From an uncultured virus (IMG/VR IMGVR_UViG_3300030329_002885) (Duplodnaviria > Heunggongvirae > Uroviricota > Caudoviricetes > Crassvirales), in the IMG/VR virus record IMGVR_UViG_3300030329_002885: a stretch of 64,000 bases of DNA; one strand, 5' to 3'. The first letter of the stretch is position 1; every line of letters starts with the position of its first letter. Positions 1 to 9,786 of this stretch are shown here, in pieces. Made by a program: the position numbers and the translations under genes. Under the pieces are notes generated by a model, which saw only the letters and a list, made by a program, of their open reading frames with translations, did not search any database and was not told the DNA's origin.

Positions 1-648
1 GTTGTAACCTTGGACATCTGTCTTTTTAGTATTACTTAACCACTTATTTTTCACTTCGTAAGGAGAATAGATTTTATATCGATTTTTAAATTTAAAGGCA
101 TAACTTATTGATTTACAAGTAAATCTTGTATTGTTAACCCAAAAATGACTTATTGGTTCAACAGCAAACATAGTTAAAGTTTTTTTATTTACCAAATATT
201 TGCTCCAAAAAGTCGCATCTTGTTTATTCCATTGTCGTTTTCTTTTCCTAATAATAATAGGAGGTTTTTCAAGCTTAGGAGTAGTTTGTCTATACCCCAT
301 AATGCCCATAGTAAATAGTCGTTCTTCTTTTTTAGAGCTTAAATTAAGATTAAAATCACAATCAATAATTTTTAAGGCTCCTATAAAAGAACAATTATAT
401 TTGTATCTAACATAGTTAAAACAATCAAATACATGATCAGGATTTCCAAAGTCTTTATATAAAAGTTTACCGTTATACGGTATAATAGAAACAGTAGGTG
501 AATTATCTTCACGTAAATCACTATTAAATTTTTTACCTAACTTTTTAAAGTTTGGACAATAATATACAAAAATGTCATACTCAGTAATTCTACTAAGTAT
601 GACATCTGTATGCAAATAATCATTGCTACTCCTGCTATTAATTGCCAT
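1..648 (-). CDS. dnaG: DNA primase, crAss-like DnaG type, N-terminal part (runs off the window edge)
   Basis: Hand-translated from ATG at 648: MAINSRSSNDYLHTDVILSRITEYDIFVYY...SDLREDNSPTVSI...LLYKDFG...FDCFNYV...DATFWSKY...YKIYSPY...KWLSN...VQGYN. The frame stays open to base 1 and the motifs resemble crAss-like primase N-termini. Confidence 0.75.
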   Translation of the reverse strand, partial: MAINSRSSNDYLHTDVILSRITEYDIFVYYCPNFKKLGKKFNSDLREDNSPTVSIIPYNGKLLYKDFGNPDHVFDCFNYVRYKYNCSFIGALKIIDCDFNLNLSSKKEERLFTMGIMGYRQTTPKLEKPPIIIRKRKRQWNKQDATFWSKYLVNKKTLTMFAVEPISHFWVNNTRFTCKSISYAFKFKNRYKIYSPYEVKNKWLSNTKKTDVQGYN

Positions 649-649
649 T

Positions 650-1435
650 TTAGAAAGGAGCAGTTTCTACAGCCTTTTCTCCTCCTTGTGGAGTATCAGG
701 CATTGTCCAATCTTCATCTTCATCAATAGTATCTGGTGTAACTAAATCTACAGTTGGTTTATGTATACCCCACTTAAGATCTGCGTTAAAGTCTGCGTTA
801 AATTGACCATAGTCATCGTTTAATGCTTTAACAAAGAAATCATCTCTTTGTGGTTTTACTCTACCAAAGTATTTAGTATATACTTGCTGATATTTATCAT
901 CTTTTACACCAATAAGAACTCTAACTTGGTTAGGTTGTAATTGTGTAACAAGAGATCTAATCTCTGTTACATCACCTGAAGCAATATTAGACATTGTTTC
1001 AAAATATACATCACCACCTTGAGCTACGTTAGCCCATGCTTTTACAAAATTAATAAGAGTCTCTTCACCTGTATAAGCTTTTCTTTGACCTTCAGATTTC
1101 CACCACTCATAAGTAGGGGCATCTGTAGACCATGTAGATTGACCAATATTATTCATCCATTGGTGTTTACCTGTTTGAGATACTCTAGCTTTATTTTGCA
1201 TTAGTATTTCTAATTTAAAATTACCATCTTCATTCATTAACCAAAATACAATTTTATTGTAGTCTTGATCACCCATAGTTACTGAATAATTTGGTTCTGA
1301 TTTTACGTTTATATCTAGTGCGTGTAATTCAGCCATAGTAGGGTTTACTGCTACAACTTTTACATTTGTTAGACCTGAGTAGGTTTTAATTCCACCTACA
1401 ACTTCTTGTGTACTTGCATTACTTTGTATTGCCAT
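650..1435 (-). CDS. ssb: Probable single-stranded DNA-binding protein
   Basis: Acidic disordered tail ending ...ETAPF (SSB-like C-terminal tip); GLTNVKVVAVNPT N-terminus; adjacent to primase. Confidence 0.55.
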   Translation of the reverse strand: MAIQSNASTQEVVGGIKTYSGLTNVKVVAVNPTMAELHALDINVKSEPNYSVTMGDQDYNKIVFWLMNEDGNFKLEILMQNKARVSQTGKHQWMNNIGQSTWSTDAPTYEWWKSEGQRKAYTGEETLINFVKAWANVAQGGDVYFETMSNIASGDVTEIRSLVTQLQPNQVRVLIGVKDDKYQQVYTKYFGRVKPQRDDFFVKALNDDYGQFNADFNADLKWGIHKPTVDLVTPDTIDEDEDWTMPDTPQGGEKAVETAPF

Positions 1436-1461
1436 GTTTTTAAAATTTTATTGGTTATTAA

Positions 1462-2007
1462 TTATAATTCGAACGTGTCATCGTCCATTTTTAGTTCTTC
1501 TTCATCGTCATCTGTAGATATTATCTCGCCTCCAGATTTTTCTACTGCTTGATGCAAATCATCTATTGTATTAGCTGCAGCTTTTAATAAAGTCTCTTCT
1601 GTAGTTTCAAATTGTGTAGGACTAAGAATATCTATAACAGCTTTTTCTGTTTCTAGTATTTCTTCTCTAGCTTCTTTTACTGTTTCTATAGCATCATCTA
1701 TAGCATCATGTAAAGTTATTTGATTAGGATCTACTTCTTCTGCTTGTTCTATAACAGTACCAGTTTCTTTTATTCTGTCTTCTGTTATATCATCTACAAA
1801 AGTAAAAGATAAAGCCTTTTTTCTACTAGGTCTTCTACCTTTAAGAAATGGATGCTTAAACATCTCATCTACTTCCCACGGTTTAATACCATATTTAACT
1901 GCCATTTCTGACTTACTAATACCATCTTTAAGATCTTGGTCAATCATAGAGACAGTAATTGTTTCAGGCGTTTTGCCTGGTTCTTGTGTTTTTCTCATTT
2001 CAATCAT
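1462..2007 (-). CDS. Hypothetical protein with N-terminal HTH-like segment and long acidic tail
   Basis: GISKSEMAVKYGIKPWEVDEMF is HTH-like; the C-terminal half is D/E-rich. Confidence 0.6.
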   Translation of the reverse strand: MIEMRKTQEPGKTPETITVSMIDQDLKDGISKSEMAVKYGIKPWEVDEMFKHPFLKGRRPSRKKALSFTFVDDITEDRIKETGTVIEQAEEVDPNQITLHDAIDDAIETVKEAREEILETEKAVIDILSPTQFETTEETLLKAAANTIDDLHQAVEKSGGEIISTDDDEEELKMDDDTFEL

Positions 2008-2025
2008 TTTTTTACGTTTAATTAA

Positions 2026-2724
2026 TTAGTCTATATATATTTCTGACCATTTTAAAGGCATGGCCTTACCTTTTAAGTGTTCGCATCTAGTACCTGCAGT
2101 TATATCTTCTAAAGAGTTAAATGAAATCATAGTTTCTTCTCCCTCTCTATATACATAACCTATAGCGTCTGTATTAGAACATGTCATTTGTTTAATTTTA
2201 CCTGTCAAGTCAAGGTCTTTTACAGAAACTTCTTTACCTTTCTTTTCAAGCATTTTATCTCTTAGATGTCCTACTAGAATAATTCTATCTGCTAAAAGAT
2301 TTAATCTATCTATCCATTTTTTATAAGCGAGGCGCAAATATAAATAACCTCCACCATTTGGCAATGATAATATTGATAAACCTTCATTATTTTTATCAAA
2401 GTTTTTACCCATTGCAGTTAATTTATACATCTTTTTAGCTTCTGCTTCGCACCACTCTTCTAGTTTAGATATAGTGTCAATAGCAATATATTTATATGGT
2501 TTTCCTTCTTTTATAATCGCTTTACCAACTTCAGCTAGTTCTCTAAGGTTATTTACTTTAACTTTTAAAGCATCAACCATATCTGAACCGTTTTCTAAGT
2601 CAATAATTAGACAATTATCTAGTTGTGATAGTACCGTAGTCTTCCCTATCTTAGGTGGACCATATATTATCATATTTTTAGGCGATTTACGGTTAGCCTT
2701 AACCTTTGTTTTTGGTAATTCCAT
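2026..2724 (-). CDS. AAA_24 / Sak4-like ATPase (recombination or ssDNA annealing)
   Basis: Walker A GPPKIGKT, LIIDLENGS, Walker B-like IAIDT, ILVGH. The likely start is MELPK at 2724, because the longer ORF overlaps an upstream small gene. Confidence 0.8.
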   Translation of the reverse strand: MELPKTKVKANRKSPKNMIIYGPPKIGKTTVLSQLDNCLIIDLENGSDMVDALKVKVNNLRELAEVGKAIIKEGKPYKYIAIDTISKLEEWCEAEAKKMYKLTAMGKNFDKNNEGLSILSLPNGGGYLYLRLAYKKWIDRLNLLADRIILVGHLRDKMLEKKGKEVSVKDLDLTGKIKQMTCSNTDAIGYVYREGEETMISFNSLEDITAGTRCEHLKGKAMPLKWSEIYID

Positions 2725-2725
2725 A

Positions 2726-2896
2726 TTATTTAGTTTTAAGGTATTCTCTAATTCTACTTTCACTTCGATCAAGAACCTCTGCAATATTCTTTATAGACAT
2801 GCGTTTAGTTTTTAATCTTCTAGCAATTGTAGCCATTTTAATTACTGTTACAGATTTTAAATCTGTCCATTGTTTTGTTTTACTATTCCAATTCAT
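2726..2896 (-). CDS. Small HTH DNA-binding protein (56 aa)
   Basis: Hand-translated: MNWNSKTKQWTDLKSVTVIKMATIARRLKTKRMSIKNIAEVLDRSESRIREYLKTK. Clear HTH; ATGA overlap with the upstream ORF. Confidence 0.65.
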   Translation of the reverse strand: MNWNSKTKQWTDLKSVTVIKMATIARRLKTKRMSIKNIAEVLDRSESRIREYLKTK

Positions 2897-3054
2897 TTTT
2901 TAGTTTTTAATTTATTTCTAATTGCGTCTCTTTTAGACGTTAATTGCGTAACTTTTTCTTCATCATTCTTAAACCTTTTTAGCCGTTTGTCTATTGTGTT
3001 TATTTCGTTTAGAAGAGCTAGCTTTGCTTTGTTCTTTGCATTCCTTTTGCTCAT
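2893..3054 (-). CDS. Small basic coiled-coil protein (53 aa)
   Basis: Hand-translated: MSKRNAKNKAKLALLNEINTIDKRLKRFKNDEEKVTQLTSKRDAIRNKLKTKK. Its stop overlaps the next ATG (ATGA). Confidence 0.55.
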   Translation of the reverse strand: MSKRNAKNKAKLALLNEINTIDKRLKRFKNDEEKVTQLTSKRDAIRNKLKTKK

Positions 3055-3127
3055 AAGCTTCCATGTTTTTAATTAATTTTTCGTTTTGATCTAATTTTTT
3101 AAATAGTTTAATTATTTCTTTAAACAT
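2969..3127 (-). CDS. Small hypothetical protein (MFKEIIKL...)
   Basis: ATG at 3127 overlaps the end of DnaB; the 3' part overlaps 2893-3054 in another frame. Confidence 0.4.
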   Translation of the reverse strand: MFKEIIKLFKKLDQNEKLIKNMEAYEQKECKEQSKASSSKRNKHNRQTAKKV

Positions 3128-4073
3128 TGTTTTTTCTTTCGTTAATAGTAAATGTTGACATTTCTGCTTCATATGGTATCATGCCTAATAAACCATCACG
3201 GTTCTTTTCTACATGTACTGCTAGCAGTTTTAAAGGATTTTCTCCACAATATGTATCAGTAATACCATACAAATCATGGGGCCTTTGTAGCATCATAACA
3301 ACATGTGCATCCTGACCAATACTATCACCACCAAACAAATCTGTTAGCAGTGGTTGATATTGTGCTTTAGCACGATGTTCTTGTTCTATGTTACGATTTA
3401 ATTGTGATAATAAAATATTTATAGTACCCATTTTAGCTTGTAGCCACATACAACCTTTAGATACTTCATTAAGTTTTTGTAGCTCACTGTCTTTATCACT
3501 TAAGATAAGACGTGAATGATCAAAAACATTAATAATAGTATGATCAGGTTTTTTGTTTGTAATATCAATGTTAGCATTTTTAACAAACTCCATGTTTCTA
3601 GGAATATTGTTAAAATAAATAGGGTAATGCGCATATTTTAATACTTCTTTTCTAAATGCTTCGTAAGCATCTTGTTCTAGTTTTTGTTCTACAGATAGTA
3701 ATTCACTTACCTGCTTACTAGTTCCTTTTGCGCCCGCTCTCATTATTTGCTGATAGCCTGGCATCTCAAAACTCCAATATAATACTAGAAGTTTCTTAAA
3801 TTTATTATTATCTAATAAGTCAAATATTAACTGGTTACTAAAAGCTGATTTACCTACACCTGGACGACCTGCTATTACATACATTTTACCTGGTTGTAAA
3901 CCTCCAAGTAAATTTTTATTTAGTCTCTTCCATTTAGTAGGATAAACCTGTCTTTTACCTTTCATGCCATCTGTTACTTGATGTAACGATGCACTAATAG
4001 CTTTGTTAATACTTTTAAATCCTTTATCCTTAAAGGGATCTTGTAATTCTGGTGGTAATTTCTCGTGTGTCAT
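3120..4073 (-). CDS. dnaB: Replicative helicase, DnaB family (ATPase domain only)
   Basis: AGRPGVGKS, SFEM, LLSQLNR, GDSIGQDAHVVMML.RP, VEKNRDG motifs. Confidence 0.93.
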   Translation of the reverse strand: MTHEKLPPELQDPFKDKGFKSINKAISASLHQVTDGMKGKRQVYPTKWKRLNKNLLGGLQPGKMYVIAGRPGVGKSAFSNQLIFDLLDNNKFKKLLVLYWSFEMPGYQQIMRAGAKGTSKQVSELLSVEQKLEQDAYEAFRKEVLKYAHYPIYFNNIPRNMEFVKNANIDITNKKPDHTIINVFDHSRLILSDKDSELQKLNEVSKGCMWLQAKMGTINILLSQLNRNIEQEHRAKAQYQPLLTDLFGGDSIGQDAHVVMMLQRPHDLYGITDTYCGENPLKLLAVHVEKNRDGLLGMIPYEAEMSTFTINERKNNV

Positions 4074-4581
4074 TTTCTTCTAAGTTTTCATACTTTTCCC
4101 AAGTATGGTTATTAATCCAAACCTCTAAGTTTTGTAAAAAACCAAGGTTACTCTTATCTATAAGCAATTGCTTGTTTAGGCAACTCATTATATGCCTATG
4201 TTTATAAGCTTTAGTGCCTATTACTTTACGATATTTGTTTTTAGCTTTTTCATTTGCCTTAGCGTTTGGATCCTTAGCATGAAGAATTCTGACACCTCCT
4301 CTAGTTGAATTAACTTTCATAGGATATGTATTTACTAGCTCAGCAAACATCTGATCAAAGTTGCTAGAAAAGAGATCTATAAACTCTTGTCTAACAACAT
4401 GTTGATCAGCAGTTTCGCCTAACTTAACATAGCCTTTGGCCTGCAATTCATCTAAATTTGGTTTGAGATTAAGTGTTGTAAGATAATTAAAACCTTTCCG
4501 ATAGATAATATATAAATATAAGAAATCATCAGCACTCATTTGTGTTTGTTCGAGAACTTCAAAATCTATATCTATTTTCAT
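4030..4581 (-). CDS. Putative replication initiator or helicase-loader-like protein
   Basis: N-terminal winged-helix-like segment; C-terminal YP...FLQNLEVWINNHTWE resembles phage initiator C-termini; overlaps dnaB. Confidence 0.4.
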   Translation of the reverse strand: MKIDIDFEVLEQTQMSADDFLYLYIIYRKGFNYLTTLNLKPNLDELQAKGYVKLGETADQHVVRQEFIDLFSSNFDQMFAELVNTYPMKVNSTRGGVRILHAKDPNAKANEKAKNKYRKVIGTKAYKHRHIMSCLNKQLLIDKSNLGFLQNLEVWINNHTWEKYENLEENDTREITTRITRSL

Positions 4582-4675
4582 AACTTAATCATTTTAAATT
4601 TAATTATTTGATTGTATATATTCTTGGCAGTTAGAAGTATAAACAAATCTTTTATAACTAAATATATTACTAATG

Positions 4676-4707
4676 CAAATATACTAATCTTTTAAATATT
4701 GTACAAA
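4676..4707 (-). promoter_or_regulatory. Bacteroidota sigma-A type promoter
   Basis: Minus strand TTTG-N20-TATATTTG upstream of 4581. Confidence 0.65.
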
Positions 4708-4718
4708 TTTTTTAAATA

Positions 4719-5894
4719 TTATTTCCAAATAACATTATTAAGGTTTTTAACAGCTTTTTTTAGCCACTTTTCTTCCTGAGAATCAGCAACATACAGTATT
4801 ATAATTTCTCCTACTTTATCTTCTTGAAATCTAATTAACCTACCTACACGTTGTATCATAGATAAAGATTTGCTAGTAATACCGCATATTATACCCATAT
4901 TTGCATCAGGCACATCAAAACCTTGGTTTAATGCTTTTGTAGAACAAAGTACATTTATACTATTGTCTTTAAAAGATTCTAAAGCTAACTCTTTTTGTTT
5001 TTTAGTCTTTTTAGAATGATAAGACATTGCATGTGGAGCTATAGAATTACATAATTTATCTGTAAAATCATTAGCACCTCCAAATACAAGTATTTTCTTA
5101 TCTTTATTGTCTTCATAGATTTCTGTAAACTTATTTATTTTATTTTCCGCAAAGTCTACAATCTGTTTCCTCATTCTAATAGCTCTGTAAAACATTACAG
5201 CTTTTTGTTTATCTCCAGCTGTAGCATTTTTATTACGCATAATCATTTGTGCGCTTTCAAACGCATTAAACTGTCCTAACATATATTTCCACTGTACAAA
5301 ACTATTGTTTGCTTTTTTATATGCAGTTTTTTCATCAACAGTTAATGTAACAGGTATACATGTTATTGTATAAGGGCTAACTATACCTAATTGTACACAT
5401 TTATCTAGTGTAATTTTATAAGCTATAGGAGCTATAGTTTTCAATAACTCTTTATACTCTTCTTCTTCAGGTAATGTAGCTGTCATACATAACAAACTAT
5501 CATACATATTATATTTAAAAAACTTACGATACTCATGGCTTAAACCTAAATGTATCTCATCGCATACTACTATATCGTAGTGTTGACCTTGCAATTTATA
5601 TGCAGATTGATAGCACAAAATATCAACGTTGTCAAGGCAATTGTCTAGGCCCCATTTTATAAATTCATTACGAAACTGTTCTTGCAATTGTATGGTAGGA
5701 ACAAGTATTAAGGCAGAACCTTCTTTAACTCCTTTTAAGATATGATTAACTGCCAATATACCTATTCTAGACTTACCAAAACCCGTACCTGCAATAACAG
5801 AGCCTACAAAACCTTGTGCAGCCCAAGCGTTAAGAGCTTTTCTTTGTTCTTTGTCTCGTATTTTATTTATTTGTTGAGTCACAATGCTTTCCAT
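4719..5894 (-). CDS. Superfamily 2 (DExH) helicase
   Basis: AGTGFGKS, DEIH, MTAT, QGFDVP, QRVGRLIR. Confidence 0.92.
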   Translation of the reverse strand: MESIVTQQINKIRDKEQRKALNAWAAQGFVGSVIAGTGFGKSRIGILAVNHILKGVKEGSALILVPTIQLQEQFRNEFIKWGLDNCLDNVDILCYQSAYKLQGQHYDIVVCDEIHLGLSHEYRKFFKYNMYDSLLCMTATLPEEEEYKELLKTIAPIAYKITLDKCVQLGIVSPYTITCIPVTLTVDEKTAYKKANNSFVQWKYMLGQFNAFESAQMIMRNKNATAGDKQKAVMFYRAIRMRKQIVDFAENKINKFTEIYEDNKDKKILVFGGANDFTDKLCNSIAPHAMSYHSKKTKKQKELALESFKDNSINVLCSTKALNQGFDVPDANMGIICGITSKSLSMIQRVGRLIRFQEDKVGEIIILYVADSQEEKWLKKAVKNLNNVIWK

Positions 5895-6133
5895 AATGTT
5901 ACTGTTCTGTTAGTATCATTATCATATTTTGTGCCATCAGCTATAACCATGCCTAAACCAACTAACTCAGTTACTCTGCCTGTAACTCTATTTATATCCC
6001 AACCTAAATCTTTAGCTATCATTCTGTTTGTAGCCGCACCTTTTGTAAGGAGCATTTCATAGACAGCTTTTCTTTTACCGTCTATAGTTTTCTTTAACTC
6101 TTTAAGGGAGTCAACCTGTGTTTTTCTTATCAT
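5879..6133 (-). CDS. Winged-helix DNA-binding protein
   Basis: GAATNRMIAKDLGWDINRVTGRVTELVGLGMV. Confidence 0.7.
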   Translation of the reverse strand: MIRKTQVDSLKELKKTIDGKRKAVYEMLLTKGAATNRMIAKDLGWDINRVTGRVTELVGLGMVIADGTKYDNDTNRTVTLWKAL

Positions 6134-6497
6134 TTTGTTGTATGTTTATATGTTTACTAATAATTTTACTTACATAAGTTTTAGAGTGTCCTACATCTTC
6201 TGCTACTTCTAGCATAGTTTTATCAGGGTGTCTATAAAAATAATCTACAATTTTACTCTCAACTTCGTTTAGAAATAAAAAGAAATCCTTATCTTTAAGC
6301 CTTTTTTTATAATATCTAATAAAATTAGCATTATCATCTAATTGGTTTAAAAAAGCTTGATAGTCTTCAGAGTAAGGTTCTACCTCTCCACTATATTTAA
6401 AATAATTATCAAATTCTATGTGATTAGCTTTCCATCTTTCTTTCCATTCTTGTTCTTGTCGATATTCTTCTACAAAATATCTAGTTTCTTCTTTCAT
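6111..6497 (-). CDS. Hypothetical protein with C-terminal HTH
   Basis: KTMLEVAEDVGHSKTYVSKIISK. Confidence 0.6.
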   Translation of the reverse strand: MKEETRYFVEEYRQEQEWKERWKANHIEFDNYFKYSGEVEPYSEDYQAFLNQLDDNANFIRYYKKRLKDKDFFLFLNEVESKIVDYFYRHPDKTMLEVAEDVGHSKTYVSKIISKHINIQQNDKKNTG

Positions 6498-6499
6498 AG

Positions 6500-6676
6500 T
6501 TATTTGAGTATTTCTATTATTTTATTTAACTTTTCTTTTAATTCTATTATTTCAAGTTTAAACTGACGGTTAGACTCTCTTAATATATCAATTTGTGGTT
6601 TGTCTAATTTTTGTGACGAAGAAACAGCATTACTTTCTGCAAATACTGAATTTATTATAGGTTCTTTATTTTCCAT
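6500..6676 (-). CDS. Small coiled-coil protein (58 aa)
   Basis: Hand-translated: MENKEPIINSVFAES...IDILRESNRQFKLEIIELKEKLNKIIEILK. Fills the gap between its neighbours. Confidence 0.55.
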   Translation of the reverse strand: MENKEPIINSVFAESNAVSSSQKLDKPQIDILRESNRQFKLEIIELKEKLNKIIEILK

Positions 6677-6704
6677 AATTTTATTTTATTAATTAATACT
6701 CTAG

Positions 6705-8603
6705 TTATTTTTCCCAACAATTACTAATTGTTACTTCAGCTTTTAATAATCCATTAGTTACTATTTGATTTGCCGCTAATTCCATTAACTCTTGCATTTT
6801 TTCTGTCCACATAGACAAATACTCATTGTCACATATAGTGTCTATCTGATCATGCACAGTCATGACTAGCTTTACAGGAATACCTGTCATCTTAATATAA
6901 TCTCGCATTAATACAAGTGCTAACTTAGTCATATCTGCACTAGCTCCTTGTATAGGTGTGTTTTTAGATGCTCGTTCAATACTACCAAGCTCTATCATAG
7001 ATGATTTGTTATTCCAAATCTTTGGATACCATGTACTAAACCATCTCTTCCTATTATAAGGAGGAAATGTTTTTATGTAACCAAACTTTTTACCATAGTT
7101 ACCTAGTTTATCTAAGAAACCTTTAATAGCTGGAAAAGCCTCAAAATACTTATCGATAAGAATTTTAGCATTATCAATAGTAATATTAAGGGTATCAGCA
7201 AGCTTATTAGGGCCCATACCATAAGCAAGACCAAAATTAATTGTTTTAACATTTGTTCTAAGTTTTTTGTGAGAAGGACAATTGCACTTTTGTTTATTTC
7301 TAAAATAAGCACAACTGTCTTCACCACTAGTTAACCATTGTTCACCATATACTAACTCAGCACACGTGGAGTGTAGATCTTCACCATTCTTTAACGCTTC
7401 CATCCATACAGGATCTTTAGAACCAAATGCAATAACATTTAGCTCTTGACTAGAATAGTCAGCACTGACAAAACTCCAACCATCGGGTGCAGTAAAGCAA
7501 TTCCTATATATATTATCAGCAGGAATCTGCTGCATATTAGGTTTACTACTACTTACACGGCCAGTATCTAATATTTGATGAAAATTGGTATGTATTCTTT
7601 TATCTGATGATAAGTTTTTAAAGAATGCATCACCATAAGATGTACATAGTTTCATAGCTTCTTTATACTTTACATACTTATCTATTAATGGATACTTAAA
7701 CCTATACTTATACATTTGTTTACCATTAACATTGTCTAGCTTAGGTACAATACATTTAAATACTGCTAATACCTGTTTAGGAGATGTCCACTTTATATCT
7801 ACATCTCTAATCTCTTCTACAGGTGTAAACATATCTGTCTGTATATATTTAGACACAAAATGTTTTATTCTACTATCATTTTTAACCATCTCATCTAAAT
7901 CAGACTCTAGTTTATCAGCTTTATCCATGTTAACAGCTTCTATTTCTTTCCACTTTTCAGAATCTAAATCTAAACCATTATACTCTATGTCAGCAAATGC
8001 ATTTACTACTCTATTTTCTAGTTCAACTACATTATTAAGCTTATACTTATCTATTAATGGTAATTGTTTTGCTCTTACCATTAGTAAATATTCTACATCT
8101 TTAGCACCATAAACTATTTGATCAGTTCTAAATGGTTGACCAGTCAAGCCTATAAATTGATTTCTTACATCTTTATTTAGCTCAACATTTAAATACTTTT
8201 TACATACATCTTTAAGACCATATTTAACATTGTCTTTACCACAGTTTAATACACGCTCAGTCAAAAATGTATCATATATACCTTCACATTCTATGTTTCC
8301 CCATTTTTTAATAAATTTATAATCAAATTTAGCATTATGAAAGATTTTGATTATATCTTTATCTTCAAGTATATTTCTAAGAGGTTCTATACTAACATGT
8401 CTAGTATCTATCACATACTGATTGTCTTTATCACCTATTTGAAACATAATCATTTTCTTGCATGTAAAATCAAATCCTTCTGTTTCTGTGTCTACACCTA
8501 GTACCTCTTTAGTTTTGCAATACTCCACCACACTATCAATTGTTGTCGATTGATAATGTGATGGGTTCATTGCATGTTCTGATCCATCTATTAAATAAAT
8601 CAT
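6705..8603 (-). CDS. polA: DNA polymerase family A (3'-5' exonuclease plus polymerase, no 5'-3' exonuclease)
   Basis: ExoI VDTET, ExoII HNAKFD, ExoIII YGAKD, TGRVSSSKPNMQQIP, motif A DYSSQEL, motif B R..VKTINFGLAYG, motif C VHD. Confidence 0.95.
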   Translation of the reverse strand: MIYLIDGSEHAMNPSHYQSTTIDSVVEYCKTKEVLGVDTETEGFDFTCKKMIMFQIGDKDNQYVIDTRHVSIEPLRNILEDKDIIKIFHNAKFDYKFIKKWGNIECEGIYDTFLTERVLNCGKDNVKYGLKDVCKKYLNVELNKDVRNQFIGLTGQPFRTDQIVYGAKDVEYLLMVRAKQLPLIDKYKLNNVVELENRVVNAFADIEYNGLDLDSEKWKEIEAVNMDKADKLESDLDEMVKNDSRIKHFVSKYIQTDMFTPVEEIRDVDIKWTSPKQVLAVFKCIVPKLDNVNGKQMYKYRFKYPLIDKYVKYKEAMKLCTSYGDAFFKNLSSDKRIHTNFHQILDTGRVSSSKPNMQQIPADNIYRNCFTAPDGWSFVSADYSSQELNVIAFGSKDPVWMEALKNGEDLHSTCAELVYGEQWLTSGEDSCAYFRNKQKCNCPSHKKLRTNVKTINFGLAYGMGPNKLADTLNITIDNAKILIDKYFEAFPAIKGFLDKLGNYGKKFGYIKTFPPYNRKRWFSTWYPKIWNNKSSMIELGSIERASKNTPIQGASADMTKLALVLMRDYIKMTGIPVKLVMTVHDQIDTICDNEYLSMWTEKMQELMELAANQIVTNGLLKAEVTISNCWEK

Positions 8604-8848
8604 TTTCCTCTTACTATATCATGTAACATATCAAAATGTCTTTCTGCCATTTCATCAATGTGTTTATCATAATCTTTTTCAGCTATTTTTATTTGATCAA
8701 CAATAGCTTTAGCTTGAACAATATCTATATATTTGTCATCAAACTTAAATCCCATGCTATTATTAATTCTAGCTTTTTTATATGCATCTAGAAATGCATA
8801 TGAGGTGCCATCTTGCACCATTCCATAAATCCATTTCATTTTTCCCAT
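8600..8848 (-). CDS. Hypothetical protein
   Basis: ORF coupled to the polA start. Confidence 0.6.
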   Translation of the reverse strand: MGKMKWIYGMVQDGTSYAFLDAYKKARINNSMGFKFDDKYIDIVQAKAIVDQIKIAEKDYDKHIDEMAERHFDMLHDIVRGK

Positions 8849-8863
8849 AATTTTAAATTTTAA

Positions 8864-9097
8864 TTAATACTCTACAGTTCTTTCCGTTAATCCTCCATTA
8901 GATTTTGGTTTTACATGTTTTGAAGACCTAAAACCAAACATCATTTGAAATCCAATATCACTATTTATAACTTTAGGTATATTCCATTCTTTTACTACTC
9001 TATCTCTTGTTATTTTTTTGCCTTTAAATGTAATTTTCTCTCGAACTACTTTGCTCGTTACAATTGTAGGACTTTTAAAACCATCATAATTTGTCAT
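8864..9097 (-). CDS. Hypothetical protein
   Basis: First ORF after the promoter box at 9121-9128. Confidence 0.55.
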   Translation of the reverse strand: MTNYDGFKSPTIVTSKVVREKITFKGKKITRDRVVKEWNIPKVINSDIGFQMMFGFRSSKHVKPKSNGGLTERTVEY

Positions 9098-9120
9098 AAT
9101 AAATGTTTTTATATATATTA

Positions 9121-9128
9121 CAAATATA
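9121..9128 (-). promoter_or_regulatory. Bacteroidota -7 promoter box for the polA operon
   Basis: TATATTTG on the minus strand, just downstream of a terminator; no clear -33 box. Confidence 0.5.
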
Positions 9129-9170
9129 ACTATTTTTATTATAATATATACTTAAATTTTTTATAATAAC

Positions 9171-9200
9171 GAATAAAAGAGCTCTAAGGCTCTCTTATTC
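9171..9200 (-). terminator. Intrinsic terminator-like hairpin
   Basis: Minus strand GAATAAGAGAGC-cttaga-GCTCTTTTATTC, just after the stop at 9214. Confidence 0.6.
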
Positions 9201-9213
9201 ATTATTTATAATA

Positions 9214-9786
9214 TTAATAATCTGTGATTTCAGCTAGTTCATCAACAGTTTCTTCAACTTTAGCAATGTTTTGTGCATCACTATCTAAATAATTGTGATT
9301 AGGCTCACTCATTACAACTTCTGTATTACTAAATACATACTCACCGTTATGAGTTATAAATTCACCATCTTTACCACGTCTTTTAGCAGCAGTTTCAATA
9401 TTATCTAATTGATATTGCGTACCTGTTGTAGTTTCATTAACTTGTAATCTAAATCTTTCACCATTAGCTGTAGGATTAAGAATATTTAAGTCCATCATTT
9501 CACCACGAGGAGTCATTTCCCATGCTGCATCATCATCAAAGCTCATTTTAAATATCTTTCCCGCATCAGATGGTTCTGCAGTTACCCAAGCTCTTCTAGG
9601 CCTACCACTAAATCTTGAGTCACTTGCATTTAATAAAGTTAATGCAGAAACTGCTCTATCTGCTGATTTTATAATTTCTGCAAATTCTAACGATATTTTA
9701 CCGTTACTAACTCGTCTTGCAGATACTAATAATGTGTCATTTAAGTTTAAAGTGTCTAGACTTCCACTATTCAATGTGTTTTCCAT
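9214..9786 (-). CDS. Hypothetical protein, beta-rich with acidic tail (possibly nucleic-acid binding)
   Basis: 190-aa ORF with its own terminator; ends VEETVDELAEITDY. Confidence 0.65.
   Translation of the reverse strand: MENTLNSGSLDTLNLNDTLLVSARRVSNGKISLEFAEIIKSADRAVSALTLLNASDSRFSGRPRRAWVTAEPSDAGKIFKMSFDDDAAWEMTPRGEMMDLNILNPTANGERFRLQVNETTTGTQYQLDNIETAAKRRGKDGEFITHNGEYVFSNTEVVMSEPNHNYLDSDAQNIAKVEETVDELAEITDY

Noticed and set aside
200..9166. Plus-strand ORFs across the replication block
   Set aside because: They are antisense shadows of well-supported minus-strand genes.
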